Below are positions 17,100 through 31,600 of a DNA stretch of 32,000 nucleotides, piece by piece. The translations under genes were made by a program, and so were the position numbers. Source of the DNA: Bacteroidota bacterium. GTDB taxonomy: Bacteria > Bacteroidota > Bacteroidia > Chitinophagales > Saprospiraceae. Where the stretch lies: positions 58,357 to 90,356 of the forward strand of contig JASBVF010000008.1 of assembly GCA_030147525.1 (NCBI GenBank), in the 5' to 3' direction. The notes below the pieces were generated by a model. It was not told where the DNA came from. It ran no database searches and saw only the letters and a program-made list of their open reading frames with translations. Every line of letters begins with the position of its first letter. Within the stretch, counting starts at the first letter, position 1.

Positions 17100-19163
17100 A
17101 TGCGCATCTTTTATTTTCAAAAAAATAAACTGACCGGCGGCTTCAAATTATCTCTCAAAATACTGATAATCAGCGCATTGTTCTGTGCCTGCCAGAAAGA
17201 TACCGTCCCTCCAAATGCGACACACCGCCTGACCGGTTTCCCCAACATCCTCGACCTCACCGGCCTCCCTGACAGCACCACCGACCGCTCTGTGTACGTA
17301 TTTTCCGACCTCGGCGCATGGTTCGGCTACGGCCTGCCGAGCGCTGACCGGCCCGATTTGTTGGGCAGTTTTACCGGCCCGTTTTTGATGACGCAGGACA
17401 ACGGTGTATGGATTAGCCCGGTGCTCTCCCGGCTGGAAATCATGGATGCGGAGACGGGCAAGGCCATTGATTTTCCAACACCGGAGGTTGAAGAAATCAA
17501 CTCGTACCCCGGCAGGTTGAAACAGGTTTTTTTAACAAAAAATCCGGAATTGAGGATTGCAACCGAATTGATTTTCGTGACCAACCGAACAGCACTCACC
17601 CGGGTCAGCGTTGAAAATACGAGCAGCAATGCGGACGTACAGCTCCGGCTCCGCTGGTCGGGTAGCAGTTTTTTGGAGGGGGTTTCCTTTTCAAAAAATG
17701 AGACTGGCGTTCAGATTGGATTTGGGAAAAACAAAAACATCGGCGTGGTTTCGCTGGCCGGCAATGCCGGTGCCAAGGTGGTCATTGCTGACGGCAGCTA
17801 CCAAATTTCAACCCCTGAAAAGTTGGTGAAGGGCAATGGCGGTTGGGAAGTTTTTTTAGCCCATTCCTTTTATTTTTCAAAAAACGAATGGGAAAACGAG
17901 CAAGCCAAACTCGCCAGGATTTTCGAAAAACCTGCGGCTGCATTTTCCGAAAATGAGCACCGCTGGAACACTTGGTTGGAGAAAGTTTTACCTCCGTCTG
18001 CCGGAAAAAGCGACCAGCGTATCGCCGTGAAATGCCTCGAAACGCTGGTGACGAACTGGCGCAGCCCCGCCGGATTTTTACAGCACGAGGGACTTTTTCC
18101 CAGCTACAATTACGAGTGGTTCCACGGCTTCTGGTCGTGGGACAGCTGGAAGCATGCCGTCGCACTGGCCCGATTTCACCCTGAACTGGCCAAAAACCAG
18201 GTGCGGGCGATGTACGATTTTCAGGACGAAGCAGGCATGATTGCTGACTGCGTATACCGGGACAATGCCATCGAAGATCCTAACTGGCGGGATACGAAAC
18301 CTCCGCTCTCGGCCTGGGCCGTCTGGGAAATTTTTGAGCAAACGGAAGACCGTGCCTTCCTCGAAGAGCTGCTGCCCAAGCTCGAAAAATACCATCGATG
18401 GTGGTACCAGTTCCGTGACCACGACGGCAACGGCCTCTGCGAATACGGCTCCACCGACGGCACACTCATCGCTGCAAAATGGGAGAGCGGCATGGACAAC
18501 GCTGTGCGTTTCGACGAGACGAAACTGGTGAAAAACAACGCCCCCGGCTGGTCGATGAACCGGGAGAGCGTGGACTTGAACGCCTATCTTTTTACCGAAA
18601 AAAATTACCTCGCCCGGATAGCCGAAGCGCTCGGCCAGACTGAAAAATCGGCGCAATACCGAACAGAATCAGCGGCACTACAAAACCAAATCCAGACCCT
18701 GTTTTTTGATGAAAAAACCGGCTGGTTCTACGACATCGACCTCGCAACCAAGACCCAAATCAAAGTGCCCGGCCCGGAAGGTTGGATTCCGTTATGGGCC
18801 AAAGCAGCGACTTCCGGACAGGCTGCGCAGGTACGGGAGACCATGTTCGACACGGCCAAATTTGCGACCTACATCCCTTTCCCTACCTTGGTCGCCGATC
18901 ATCCTAAATTCACCCCGAAAAATGGCTACTGGCGTGGACCCATCTGGCTCGACCAGGTGTATTTTGCCATCACGGGCCTGAAAAACTATGGCTACCACGA
19001 GGACGCCAACCGAAGTACCCGGCAGGTGCTTGACCGCTTGGAAGGACTGCAAGGCACTGCACCGATTTTCGAAAATTACCACCCGCTGACGGGCGAAGGG
19101 ATGGAGTCGAGGCATTTCAGCTGGTCGGCGGCGCACTTGCTACTTTTACTTTGGCAAGATTGA
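17100..19163 (+). CDS. secreted lipoprotein glycoside hydrolase, YgjK/GH63-like (MGH1-like, (alpha/alpha)6 barrel with N-terminal beta-sandwich); probable alpha-glucosidase
   Basis: 687 aa. Signal/lipobox KILIISALFCAC. About 300-aa N-domain, then the catalytic domain with WFHGFWSWDSWKHAVALARF, PPLSAWAVWEIF, KWESGMDNAVRF, GYWRGPIWLDQVYF and ENYHPLTGEGMESRHFSWSAAHLLLL. These patterns are shared by GH63/GH37-clan enzymes. The family call was made by eye, not by HMM. Confidence 0.75.
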   Translation: MRIFYFQKNKLTGGFKLSLKILIISALFCACQKDTVPPNATHRLTGFPNILDLTGLPDSTTDRSVYVFSDLGAWFGYGLPSADRPDLLGSFTGPFLMTQDNGVWISPVLSRLEIMDAETGKAIDFPTPEVEEINSYPGRLKQVFLTKNPELRIATELIFVTNRTALTRVSVENTSSNADVQLRLRWSGSSFLEGVSFSKNETGVQIGFGKNKNIGVVSLAGNAGAKVVIADGSYQISTPEKLVKGNGGWEVFLAHSFYFSKNEWENEQAKLARIFEKPAAAFSENEHRWNTWLEKVLPPSAGKSDQRIAVKCLETLVTNWRSPAGFLQHEGLFPSYNYEWFHGFWSWDSWKHAVALARFHPELAKNQVRAMYDFQDEAGMIADCVYRDNAIEDPNWRDTKPPLSAWAVWEIFEQTEDRAFLEELLPKLEKYHRWWYQFRDHDGNGLCEYGSTDGTLIAAKWESGMDNAVRFDETKLVKNNAPGWSMNRESVDLNAYLFTEKNYLARIAEALGQTEKSAQYRTESAALQNQIQTLFFDEKTGWFYDIDLATKTQIKVPGPEGWIPLWAKAATSGQAAQVRETMFDTAKFATYIPFPTLVADHPKFTPKNGYWRGPIWLDQVYFAITGLKNYGYHEDANRSTRQVLDRLEGLQGTAPIFENYHPLTGEGMESRHFSWSAAHLLLLLWQD

Positions 19164-19215
19164 AAAATTGTAAATTCTGTTCATATTGATTTGCATCCAC
19201 CGACAATGAATAAAT

Positions 19216-22200
19216 ATGATTCAAAATACTGAAAATCAAACACTTACCTTTTTCGAAAAACATGCCAAAGCCCTCGCTCTGGAGCATTTCGACCTCGACG
19301 CCACCGCCAGGAAACTGCCCGGCGAACTCGATTTCAACTACCACCTGACGGCGGTTGATGGCTCCGAATTCACCCTGAAAATCGCCCACCTCGGTGAAGA
19401 CCGCAAGCACCTCGATATGCAGAATGCGATCATGTTGCATTTTGAAAAAACCGGGACAGACCTCCACCTGCCGAGGCTGGTTTTGAATAAAAAAAACGAG
19501 GCCATCACGCTCATCCATGATGCCGCCGGCAACGAGCGTTTCCTCCGTCTGCTCACCTGGGTGCCCGGCCGGGTTTTCGCCAAGGTCAAACCGCACACCC
19601 CGGAATTGCTGGAAAGCCTGGGCGCCGCCTGCGGAAAAATGTGTCACGCTCTGCAGGATTTCGACCACCCCGGCGCCCACCGATGGATCAAGTGGGACGT
19701 GGCACAAACAGCCTGGACAGAGGAATATTTGACCAAAATCAACGGCACGGACCGACAGGCCACCGCCCGCTACTTTTTTGATTTGTTTCAAAAAAATGTC
19801 GCTCCACAATTGGGCAGCCTGCGCCGCAGTGTGATCTACAACGACGCCAACGACTACAACGTACTGGTGAACAACGATTTGCAAAACCCTAAAGTAAAAG
19901 GAGTGATCGACTTCGGCGACGCCGTGCACACCTGCACCGTTACCGACCTCGCCATTGCCATCGCCTACGCCGTGCTGGACAAACCCCGCCCGCTCGATGC
20001 GGCGGTGCATCTCGTCCGGGGATTTCACCAGGAATTTCCGCTCACGGAGGAGGAAGTCGCCGTGCTGTACCCGCTCGTCGCTGCCCGCCTGCTCATCAGT
20101 GTGACGGTTTCGGCCATCAATCGCCACGAACATCCGGAGAACGAGTACCTGCTCATCAGCGAACGCCCAGCCTGGGATTTACTGGAAAAATGGCGGGACA
20201 TTCCGCCTGCGCTGGCGCATTTCACTTTTCGGCATGCCTGCGGTTGGGAGCCTTGCCCGCAGCGGGTTGTTTTTGAAAAATGGGTGGGGGAAAATGAAGG
20301 TATTTTCGGACAGGTTGTGGATTTTAAAAATGAAAAAATACAGCCCCTCGACCTCAGCGTCGCCAGCCTCAACCTCGGCAACAACTCGAATTTTTCCAAG
20401 ATCAAAAATTTTGAAAAAACCATCACCCGCCTGCTCGACGAAGCCGGGGCAGCATTCGGCATCGGCGGCTACGGCGAGGTACGCCCGTTCTACACCACCG
20501 ACGCCTACCAGGTGACAGGTAACACCGGTCCACAGTGGCGCACCGTCCACCTCGGCACGGATATTTGGGCAGCAGCGGGTACGCCCGTCCTCGCCCCGCT
20601 CAACGGCACGATACACAGTTTTCAGAACAACGCCGGCGACTGCAACTACGGCCCGACGATCATTTTGGAACATAAAATTTCGGCTGAGTTGACATTTTTC
20701 ACCCTCTATGGCCACCTCAGTCGCACCTCGCTGGAAGGACTTTCCGTCGGAATGCCGGTGAAAAAAGGCCAGCAAATCGCCACCATCGGCCTGGCGCCCG
20801 AGAACGGAAATTGGCCGCCGCACCTGCATTTTCAGGTGATGCTGGACATGCTGGGCTATCAAGGGGATTTCCCCGGCGTGGCGTTTCCGGAGGAGCGGGA
20901 GGTGTGGTTGAGTGTTTGTCCGCCTCACCTCCGGCCTCCCGAAACCGACGGTGAGGTGGATATCCTCCACGCCCGCCGTCAGTACCTCGGCCGCTCCCTC
21001 AGCATTTCCTACAAAAAACCGCTGCACATGGTGCGGGGCTACATGCAGTACCTCTACGACACCACCGGCCGCCGCTATCTCGACACCGTGAACAATGTAC
21101 CGCACGTCGGCCACCAGCACCCACGGGTGGTGCGGGCTGCCCAGCGGCAAATGGCCGTGCTGAACACCAACACCCGCTACCTCCACGAAAACATCGTCCG
21201 CTTCGCCGAAGAGCTGCTGGCGACTTTTCCGCCGGAACTGTCAGTCGTGCATTTCGTCAACTCCGGCAGCGAGGCCAACGAACTGGCCCTGCGCATGGTG
21301 CGGGCCTACACCGGCCAGCGGGACATGGTCGCTGTGGAGGTAGGCTACCACGGCAACACGGGCGGCTGCATCGACATCAGCAGCTACAAATTTGACGGCA
21401 AAGGCGGCAAGGGTGCCCCACCCCACACGCACATCGTGCCCATGCCCGACACGTTCCGGGGACTGTACCGAGACGAAAATGATGCAGGGGAAAAGTACGC
21501 TGAACACGTGCGCCTGGCCATTGAAAAAGTGCAGTTGCTGGGGCGAAATGTTAGCGGTTTCATTTGCGAAAGCATCCTCAGTTGCGGCGGGCAAATCGTG
21601 CTGCCGGAGGGCTACCTCCGGGAAGCTTACCGCCACGTCCGGGCCGCCGGTGGCCTCTGCATCGCCGACGAGGTGCAGGTCGGTTTCGGGCGGGTCGGTG
21701 AAAAGTTCTGGGGCTTCGAACTCCAGGGTGTCGTGCCGGACATTGTGACGATGGGCAAGCCGATCGGCAACGGCCACCCGCTTGCAGCGGTCGTCACCAC
21801 GCCCGCCGTGGCCGAGGCATTTGCCAACGGCATGGAATATTTCAACACCTTCGGCGGCAATCCGGTGAGTTGCGCCATCGGGCGGGAGGTTTTAAAAATC
21901 GTACAGGAGGAAGGCTTGCAGGCCCATGCGCTGCGGACCGGCGAGTACCTGACGGCCGGGCTGCGGGACTTGCAGCAGCGACACCCCATCATCGGCGACG
22001 TGCGGGGGCCGGGGCTGTTCCTGGGTTTTGAATTGGTGAAAAACCCCGAAACACTGGAGCCTGCAACCGCCGAAGCCAGCTACCTCGCCAACCGCATGCG
22101 GGAGCACGGCGTGCTGATGAGCACGGACGGGCCGTTCGAAAATGTGCTGAAAATCAAGCCGCCAATGTGCTTTGACGAGCGGAATGCAGATTTTTTAGTG

Positions 22201-22251
22201 GAAATGCTGGACGGAGTGCTGGGAGAGGATTTTTGTAAATTGGTGAATTAG
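19216..22251 (+). CDS. tripartite fusion: hydroxylysine-kinase-like APH-fold kinase, M23 (LytM) metallopeptidase domain, and AGXT2L-type class-III PLP enzyme (phospho-lyase-like)
   Basis: 1011 aa with no signal peptide. aa 1-335: APH/HYKK-like (LPGELDFNYHL, FTLKIAH, LRLLTWVPGR, catalytic VIYNDANDYNVLV, GVIDFGDAV, HPENEYLLISERPAW). aa about 400-560: M23 with HLGTD (H445/D449), LYGHL and PHLHFQ (H536/H538). aa about 585-1011: class-III aminotransferase fold, collinear with ETNPPL/PHYKPL as I recall them (NNVPHVGHQHPRVV, LNTNTRYLH, FVNSGSEANELALR, CESILSCGGQI, IADEVQVGFGRVGEKFWGFE, PDIVTMGKPIGNGHP with Lys848 at nt 21757-21759, EYFNTFGGNPVSCA, VLKIKPPMCF). Confidence 0.9.
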   Translation: MIQNTENQTLTFFEKHAKALALEHFDLDATARKLPGELDFNYHLTAVDGSEFTLKIAHLGEDRKHLDMQNAIMLHFEKTGTDLHLPRLVLNKKNEAITLIHDAAGNERFLRLLTWVPGRVFAKVKPHTPELLESLGAACGKMCHALQDFDHPGAHRWIKWDVAQTAWTEEYLTKINGTDRQATARYFFDLFQKNVAPQLGSLRRSVIYNDANDYNVLVNNDLQNPKVKGVIDFGDAVHTCTVTDLAIAIAYAVLDKPRPLDAAVHLVRGFHQEFPLTEEEVAVLYPLVAARLLISVTVSAINRHEHPENEYLLISERPAWDLLEKWRDIPPALAHFTFRHACGWEPCPQRVVFEKWVGENEGIFGQVVDFKNEKIQPLDLSVASLNLGNNSNFSKIKNFEKTITRLLDEAGAAFGIGGYGEVRPFYTTDAYQVTGNTGPQWRTVHLGTDIWAAAGTPVLAPLNGTIHSFQNNAGDCNYGPTIILEHKISAELTFFTLYGHLSRTSLEGLSVGMPVKKGQQIATIGLAPENGNWPPHLHFQVMLDMLGYQGDFPGVAFPEEREVWLSVCPPHLRPPETDGEVDILHARRQYLGRSLSISYKKPLHMVRGYMQYLYDTTGRRYLDTVNNVPHVGHQHPRVVRAAQRQMAVLNTNTRYLHENIVRFAEELLATFPPELSVVHFVNSGSEANELALRMVRAYTGQRDMVAVEVGYHGNTGGCIDISSYKFDGKGGKGAPPHTHIVPMPDTFRGLYRDENDAGEKYAEHVRLAIEKVQLLGRNVSGFICESILSCGGQIVLPEGYLREAYRHVRAAGGLCIADEVQVGFGRVGEKFWGFELQGVVPDIVTMGKPIGNGHPLAAVVTTPAVAEAFANGMEYFNTFGGNPVSCAIGREVLKIVQEEGLQAHALRTGEYLTAGLRDLQQRHPIIGDVRGPGLFLGFELVKNPETLEPATAEASYLANRMREHGVLMSTDGPFENVLKIKPPMCFDERNADFLVEMLDGVLGEDFCKLVN

Positions 22252-25512
<3,261 letters not shown>

Positions 25513-25520
25513 TTCATAAC

Positions 25521-25618
25521 CAGTTCGAGCAAGTGTTTAGCGCAGCGGCACTTGCGGGCACTCGGCAGACTGTCGCAAGTGCCGCTGCGCTAAACACTTG
25601 CTCGAACTGAGTTTTTTT
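25521..25618. terminator. bidirectional terminator: 36-bp perfect inverted repeat, 17-nt loop, T7
   Basis: 25521-25556 CAGTTCGAGCAAGTGTTTAGCGCAGCGGCACTTGCG is the exact reverse complement of 25574-25609. Loop GGCACTCGGCAGACTGT. Followed by AGTTTTTTT (T7 at 25612-25618). It lies between the convergent lacZ stop (25512) and the adhesin stop (25635). Confidence 0.75.
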
Positions 25619-25634
25619 CGTCAAAAATCCCCCC

Positions 25635-28600
25635 TCACCTCAACAAAGTAACATCCCCCTTCAACACCTTCTCCTCCGAATCGACCGTCACCGGGCACCC
25701 GACTTTAATCAAATAAACATACACATCGCTGCCCGCCGGTTTGCCGTTTTGCGTGCCGTCCCAGGGGCCGGGGCCGTCGTACACTTTTTCGCCCCAGCGG
25801 TTCCAGATGCGCATGTTCAGCACCGACTCGGCGCCGGGGGAGACGATGGTGAAGACGTCGTTCACGCCATCGTTGTTGGGGGAGAAAACGTTGGGCAACT
25901 CGGCCTTTTCCGGCTCGCATTGCAGCATCACCGTCACGGCCTGGCTCACGGTCGAGGAGCAGCCGTTGGCGTCCACCACGGTCACGAAATACTCCGTGGA
26001 CTCGGTCAGCGAATCGAGGCAGGCGGGCGAGTTGGTGCACAGCCCGGTGATGTTCCCGCCGAACCAGAGGATCGAATCGAAGGCGCCGGGTTCGATGGAG
26101 AGCAGCACCGAGTCGCCGGGGCTGACCGTGTCGGGGACGATGAGTTCAAACAGCGCCGTGTCGAAAACCGTCAGGTTAAGGCAGATGGTGCTGTCGCAAC
26201 CGTTCCCGCCGGGGAAGGTGACGCAGTGCAGGCCCGGCTCCGTGAACGTTTCACCCTGAAAATCAACGCTTTGCCCCTGGCAAATGGCGTCCTCGAAGAA
26301 CGTCGTGTCGATGGCGTTTTTCACCAAAAGCTCCACGCAATGCACGCTGTCGCAGCCGCCGGCCAGCGTCACCGTGTCGCAGTAAACGCCCGGCTGGCTG
26401 ACGATTTCACCAAAAAGCACGGTTGTTTCACCCTCGCAAATTTCCACCGGCGGGCCGTTCGTCACGATCACGTCCGTGACCACGGTGACGGTGACGAAGG
26501 CCGTGTCCAGGCAGTCGTCCACCGTGGAGCCGACGACGGTGTAGGTCGTGGTGGCGGCAGGTGAAACGACGATGCTGCTGCACGCCGGGTCCTGGCAATC
26601 GCCGCCGGGCGACCACAGGTAAAAATCAGCGCCGGAAGCCGTCAGCGTGGTGGAAGAACCGGCACAGATCGTCACGTCCGGCGAGACGGTCAGTTCCAGC
26701 GAATCGCTGAACGAGACGACGACCACGTCCGAATTTTTACAGCCGTTGGCGTCTGTCACGGTCAGTGTGAAGGTGGTCGGTTGGCCGGTCAGAATCACCG
26801 GGTTGGCGATGTTCGGATTGCTGAGGGCGGGCAGGCCGCCGATGGCCGCAGGCGACCACGAGTACGAGTAACCCGGCACGGTCACGGCATTCAGCTTCGC
26901 CATTTGGCCGGGGCAAAACGTCGTGTCCGTCCCCGCATTCACCGGCGGGATAGGATTGACGACGATGGTCACGGCGTCCGTGCCGGTGCAGCCTTCGGCG
27001 TCGGTGACGGTGACGGCGTAGGTGCTGGTGGCGGCGGGCGTCACACTCTGCACTTGCTGGTTGGGCGCTACGCCGGGGCCGGTCCAGCTGAAACTGACGC
27101 CGTCGGTGGCGGCGAGGTTGGCCGTCTGGCCAGAGCAGATGGGCGATTCAGCAAACAAAATCCCCGGCTGCGGTTGCAGCGTCACTTCGATCAGGTTTTT
27201 TATTTCACAACCGCCACCGGCCTCGGCCAGCGTGAAGTTGTAGATCAGCGGCTCGCCGGTGTCGTTCACGCAACTGAAGCTGGTCATGGCCGCATTTTGA
27301 TCCAAAATACACCCGGCAGGCGTCCACTGGTAGCTGAAACCGGGCATGCCGGTCACACCGATGGCCGCCGTTTCGCCGGAGCAGACGACGAGGTTTTGCT
27401 CCGTCTGGTATTCGATCGGGAAGGTCACCTGGGCCACGTCGCCGGAACAGGCACACTGCGCATCTGCGTCGAGGACGGCGATGAGGTGGCAGAGATTTCC
27501 GCCGGGTATTTCAAAACTACCGCTTGCCGTGACGGACTGGCCGTTGGCGATGATTTCCACCAGATTTTCGGTGTGGACGAGTTGGTCACCGGTGCCGTTA
27601 CCGTCGGTGTCGAGGAAGAACTGGACGGTGATGGGCGGCTCGTTCTGAGCGCCGCTGTTCACGACGTCGATGGAGAAATTGACCTGATCGGTAGCGCCGG
27701 ATTGCGCAGCACTCACCATGAAATTTTCCAGTGAAAACTTGGGCCGCTGAATTTGAAAAGGAAAAATCAACGCCCCGGTACTCACCTTCGTGCTGCACGA
27801 ATCGCCGGTGGCCACGCACAGCGCCTGCGTTTCGTTGGCGGTGCGCACGAGCACGACGCCCGTTTCACAACCCAACCCGCTCCAGCCGCTGGTTTTAAAA
27901 CTGAAACACACGATCTGGTTCGGCGCTACCCCGGTGGGCAGTTGCCAGGTGAGCGTGTTGCCTACCTGGGTGGGGTTACAGTTGAAATTTGGCTGGCAGG
28001 CCGAACTGCACGACCCCGGCACATAGGCCACGCCCGGCGGCAGCGTGACGATAGCGCAAGCGCCCAACGGCAGCGCCTGTGAAGCGGTCAGCGCCACTTC
28101 GAAGGTCGCTTCGTCGTTGCAGGTGAAACCGGGCAGAGCATCCACGCCGACGCTGGTCGAGTAGGGCTGACTGATGCCCTCGATGCAGAGCGGGTCGCCG
28201 GGTTTGGCGACGGTGTTAGAGGCGATGCCGCAATTTTGCTCGGCTGCGGCGATGAACACGGCGTAGGCGTTGGCCACGAAATCGCAACTGTTTTCACCCA
28301 AAAATCGCAGTTTGAGAGAATTGTTTGGCGCAGCCGAAACGCCCGGCAGCCCACCGGTGATGGCGCTCACGAGCGTAGTCAGGTTCCAGACTGCCGTGCC
28401 GCTCACGGGTACGGCCGGGTCGCCGATGGGGATGAAATTGCCGCTGCCCGTGGGGTATTCCACCTGCGAAGAGCCGGGCAGTACGGTCATGCCGGGCGGC
28501 AGCAGCGCCGTCAGCGTGAGGTCGTAGAGGGCGCCGAGTTCGGCGTTGAAAATTTCGATGGTGTGGTACGGGATCGTGTCGCAAAGGTCGGAGCATCCGG

Positions 28601-31600
28601 GCGGGCTGGTCACGATCAGATCGAGTTCGCCGGGCGGCGAGAGGATGGTGAGGGGTTGCACCTGGCCGTTGCAGGGCGTCTGCACGGTGCTGGTGAACGG
28701 GGTGCAATTCCAGCCGAAATGGAGTTGAAGGTTTTCCATTTCACAGGAATTGTTGGTGCCAACGAGCCGGAACGGAATCGTATCCACCGGGAAACTTCCG
28801 AGTTGGAACACGCCGTTCACGCTGGGGATCGTGGCGCCGGTTTCCTGGTTGATGAGTTGAAAATTAGTCACCAGCCCGGTTGGCGAAGTCACGTACATCC
28901 ACGTATTCGGGGCCGCCCCGCTCGTCAGCGAGCCGACGACCGTCGGGAAGTTGATGAAATCAAAATCGAACACGAGTTGGTTGTTGAAACTCACCAGATC
29001 GAGGATCGGCGCACTCACCGCCAGGTTGGGGATGAGCGAACGCAGGGCGTTGGACTGCACCGTCAACTCGAATGGATCGGACGGCGTGGGGATGCCGGGT
29101 ACGAAGTCGAGCAGGCTCGTCAGTTTGAGCGGCAGGGAGCCGGCGTTTTTACAGTCATTTTGAAAAGCGTACTGAAACAGGGCGGAGAATCCCTCGTCGA
29201 GCGGCGGGTTCTGGAACTGGGTCATGTCGAAGGTATGCACGCCGTTGGCGAAGGTGGGCGTCAGCATTTGATTCGATAAAATATTCGCCCCGTCCTGGAA
29301 GCGGAGAAAGGTCAGCCGGGTTTGCAGCAGTTGGACGCTGGCCGGGAAAGTCATCTGCGAGTTGAGCAGGGTCAGGATGTTGCGGTGTTCGTAAGGAAAA
29401 AAGTTACCCTGGTGCAACTCCAGCCGGAAAAGGCTGCCCCCGACGAAGCCTGACGGCCCGCACGGCGGCAGGGCAAACAGGCCCGGCAGGATGGTCGTCT
29501 CGTAGCCGGAAACTTCAATCGTTTTTGTTTCACAATTGCAGTTGATGGGCGTGTAGGCCGTGGTATCGTTATCAAAAACCATGGCCGAAGGCGTCACATG
29601 CAGCCAACCAAGCAATGGGTCGCTGTCGGGGTTGGGTTGCCGTTTGATGTTGTACTGAATCCGGTAGTCGGCATCGAAAAGGATCGAGTCGCCCTGGCTG
29701 AGGGTGAAATTGGCAGGCACGCACCCGCCCAGTTTTGCCGCCGAAAGATCGTAAGTATAAATAAGCCGGGTGTCATCGGTGATTTGGGGGGTAAGGTTGC
29801 CGCATTGAAAATACATACCACTGCTGCTGTCGAAAATGCGAAGCCGGGTTCCAGCCTGCTGGATTCCGCTGCCGTCTTCCAGGATGGCAGCAGCATTGAT
29901 CGCCTCCAGATGGGTGGCTGAAAATTTCACTTCGATATTTCCGAAGGGGAAATTGGCAGGCATATCGTTCACCACGATGCCCTGAAACGAAGCCCGGATG
30001 GTGTCTCCGGCAATTGCCCGGTCCCGGCGGATGAGGTTCAGGTTAGGTGTTCCCGGACCGTCGGCAAACTGATCATTGTTGCCGTCCGGCAAACCGAGGT
30101 TGAGGCGGTAGGCATTGAAATCATAACTCACGTAGCCGGGCGGCTGGTTGATGCAGATCGAATCGTAGGGACATTCGTTCTCCAGGGAGCGTTGAAAGCA
30201 AGCCTGCATATTGCAACTGACCGGAGATGACGGGCATTTCAGGATGGTTGTTTTTACCAGAATCGGCACCAATCTGATTATCGGAGCCTGGCAGGTGTCC
30301 GCAGCCATGCATGAGGTTTCCAGGGAGTCCTGGCAGATTTGGTCATTAAAGCACACATCCTCACAGTTCCAGGTGAAATTGAACGACATAGTAGCAGTGT
30401 TGGCATTCAGCGGCAGCTGGTAGGTGGCATTGACGATAAAATAATTGCCCTGTACTTCCATGGTCACGCCCGTCGGCGCCTGTCCGTTAAGAATCAGGTC
30501 GTTGTCGTCGTCCCAATTCATACCGCAGGGCAGGGTAATCTGCACCACCATTTCATCATCGAGCAGCGTCAGGCTGTCGTAAACCAGTTCGTAGTTCATG
30601 GTGATCAGGCTATCGTCCTGCATGGGTCCTGGCGTCGCCTGATTAACGGTCAGCTGCATTATTTTTCCGGTTTTTAATACCGGGATGTACTCGTTTTTCT
30701 GAATGAAAGGGTCAGGCGGGCATTCCTTGAAATAGCTGTAGCGGTAGAGCCAGTTGACGGAAGGCTGCTGGCATTCCTGCCTGCAAAAGTACAGGTCCCA
30801 GTACACCGTCACTATTTCACCGGGGCCAATGGCCGGGATGGTGATAAAAAACTGCGATGCCACACTGTCAACTCCGGTGCAGGGGGCAGGTAAATCCGTG
30901 CTAAACGCCGTGATGGCGTCCAAATCCAGCAAGGTCCCGGCGCTGTCTGCCCTGACGCTGGCCATGTCGATCTCGTTGGCTCCATGCTGAATGTAGAGCG
31001 TCACCTGGCTGGCCCGGCCATTGCCGGTGTTCCTGATTTTCATGCCCTGCTGGTGAGGGCTGGGGCCGCAGAAGCACTCCGGCACGGTGGTGATGGGCTC
31101 CCAGACGAGGTTGGGGACTTTTGTGTAGGGCTTGATTTTCACCACGGCATTGACGAAAACTTCCTGGCAAATTTCACCGCCACACCCCCACCCTGCCGTG
31201 ATCTTGGACGCCGCCGAGAGAATGTCCACGCCGCAATCCTCGATGAGAATATTCTCCGTGATGACGATGCTTTCGTTAAACTCAAACAGCCCGTCTCCAT
31301 CGCCGATGCTCGTAAAATCACTGCTGCCAAGTGCAAGCTGAAACGTATTTCCACTTGAAATATCTGTGCCCTGCATGGAACTGATGGAGATGCCCGGCTG
31401 GTGAACGTCGGTAAAAAGGAAACCCTGCAAAGCGGCCGGCCGGGTGTTCCGGATCGTTATTTTTCTTTGTAAAACATCGCCCTTCGTGCCGCTCATCACC
31501 GTGCTGGTCACGTTGGTGATGACGAGTAGCGCCGTTTCAACGACGTAGGGATCAGTGGTGACGGTGGTGCTACCACCGTTCCAGTTCAGGGTTATTTCAT

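Noticed and set aside
19117-21777. Minus-strand ORFs 19117..20133 (338 aa), 20179..21186 (335 aa) and 21241..21777 (178 aa)
   Set aside because: All are antisense to the strongly supported kinase-M23-PLP fusion gene. They are G/A/V/R/H-rich, as expected from the reverse complement of a GC3-rich gene, and have no recognisable domains.
25521-25609. The 36-bp-arm palindrome interpreted as a MITE or IS remnant
   Set aside because: There is no second copy in the window, no target-site duplication and no internal coding capacity. I kept it as a terminator and flagged its length for genome-wide copy checking.
25749-29279. Plus-strand ORFs 25749..26564 (271 aa), 26781..27734 (317 aa) and 28236..29279 (347 aa)
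   Set aside because: They are antisense to the 2121-aa T9SS protein, which is open across the full 6.4 kb with a proper signal peptide and CTD. Their translations are R/G/H/D-rich nonsense.
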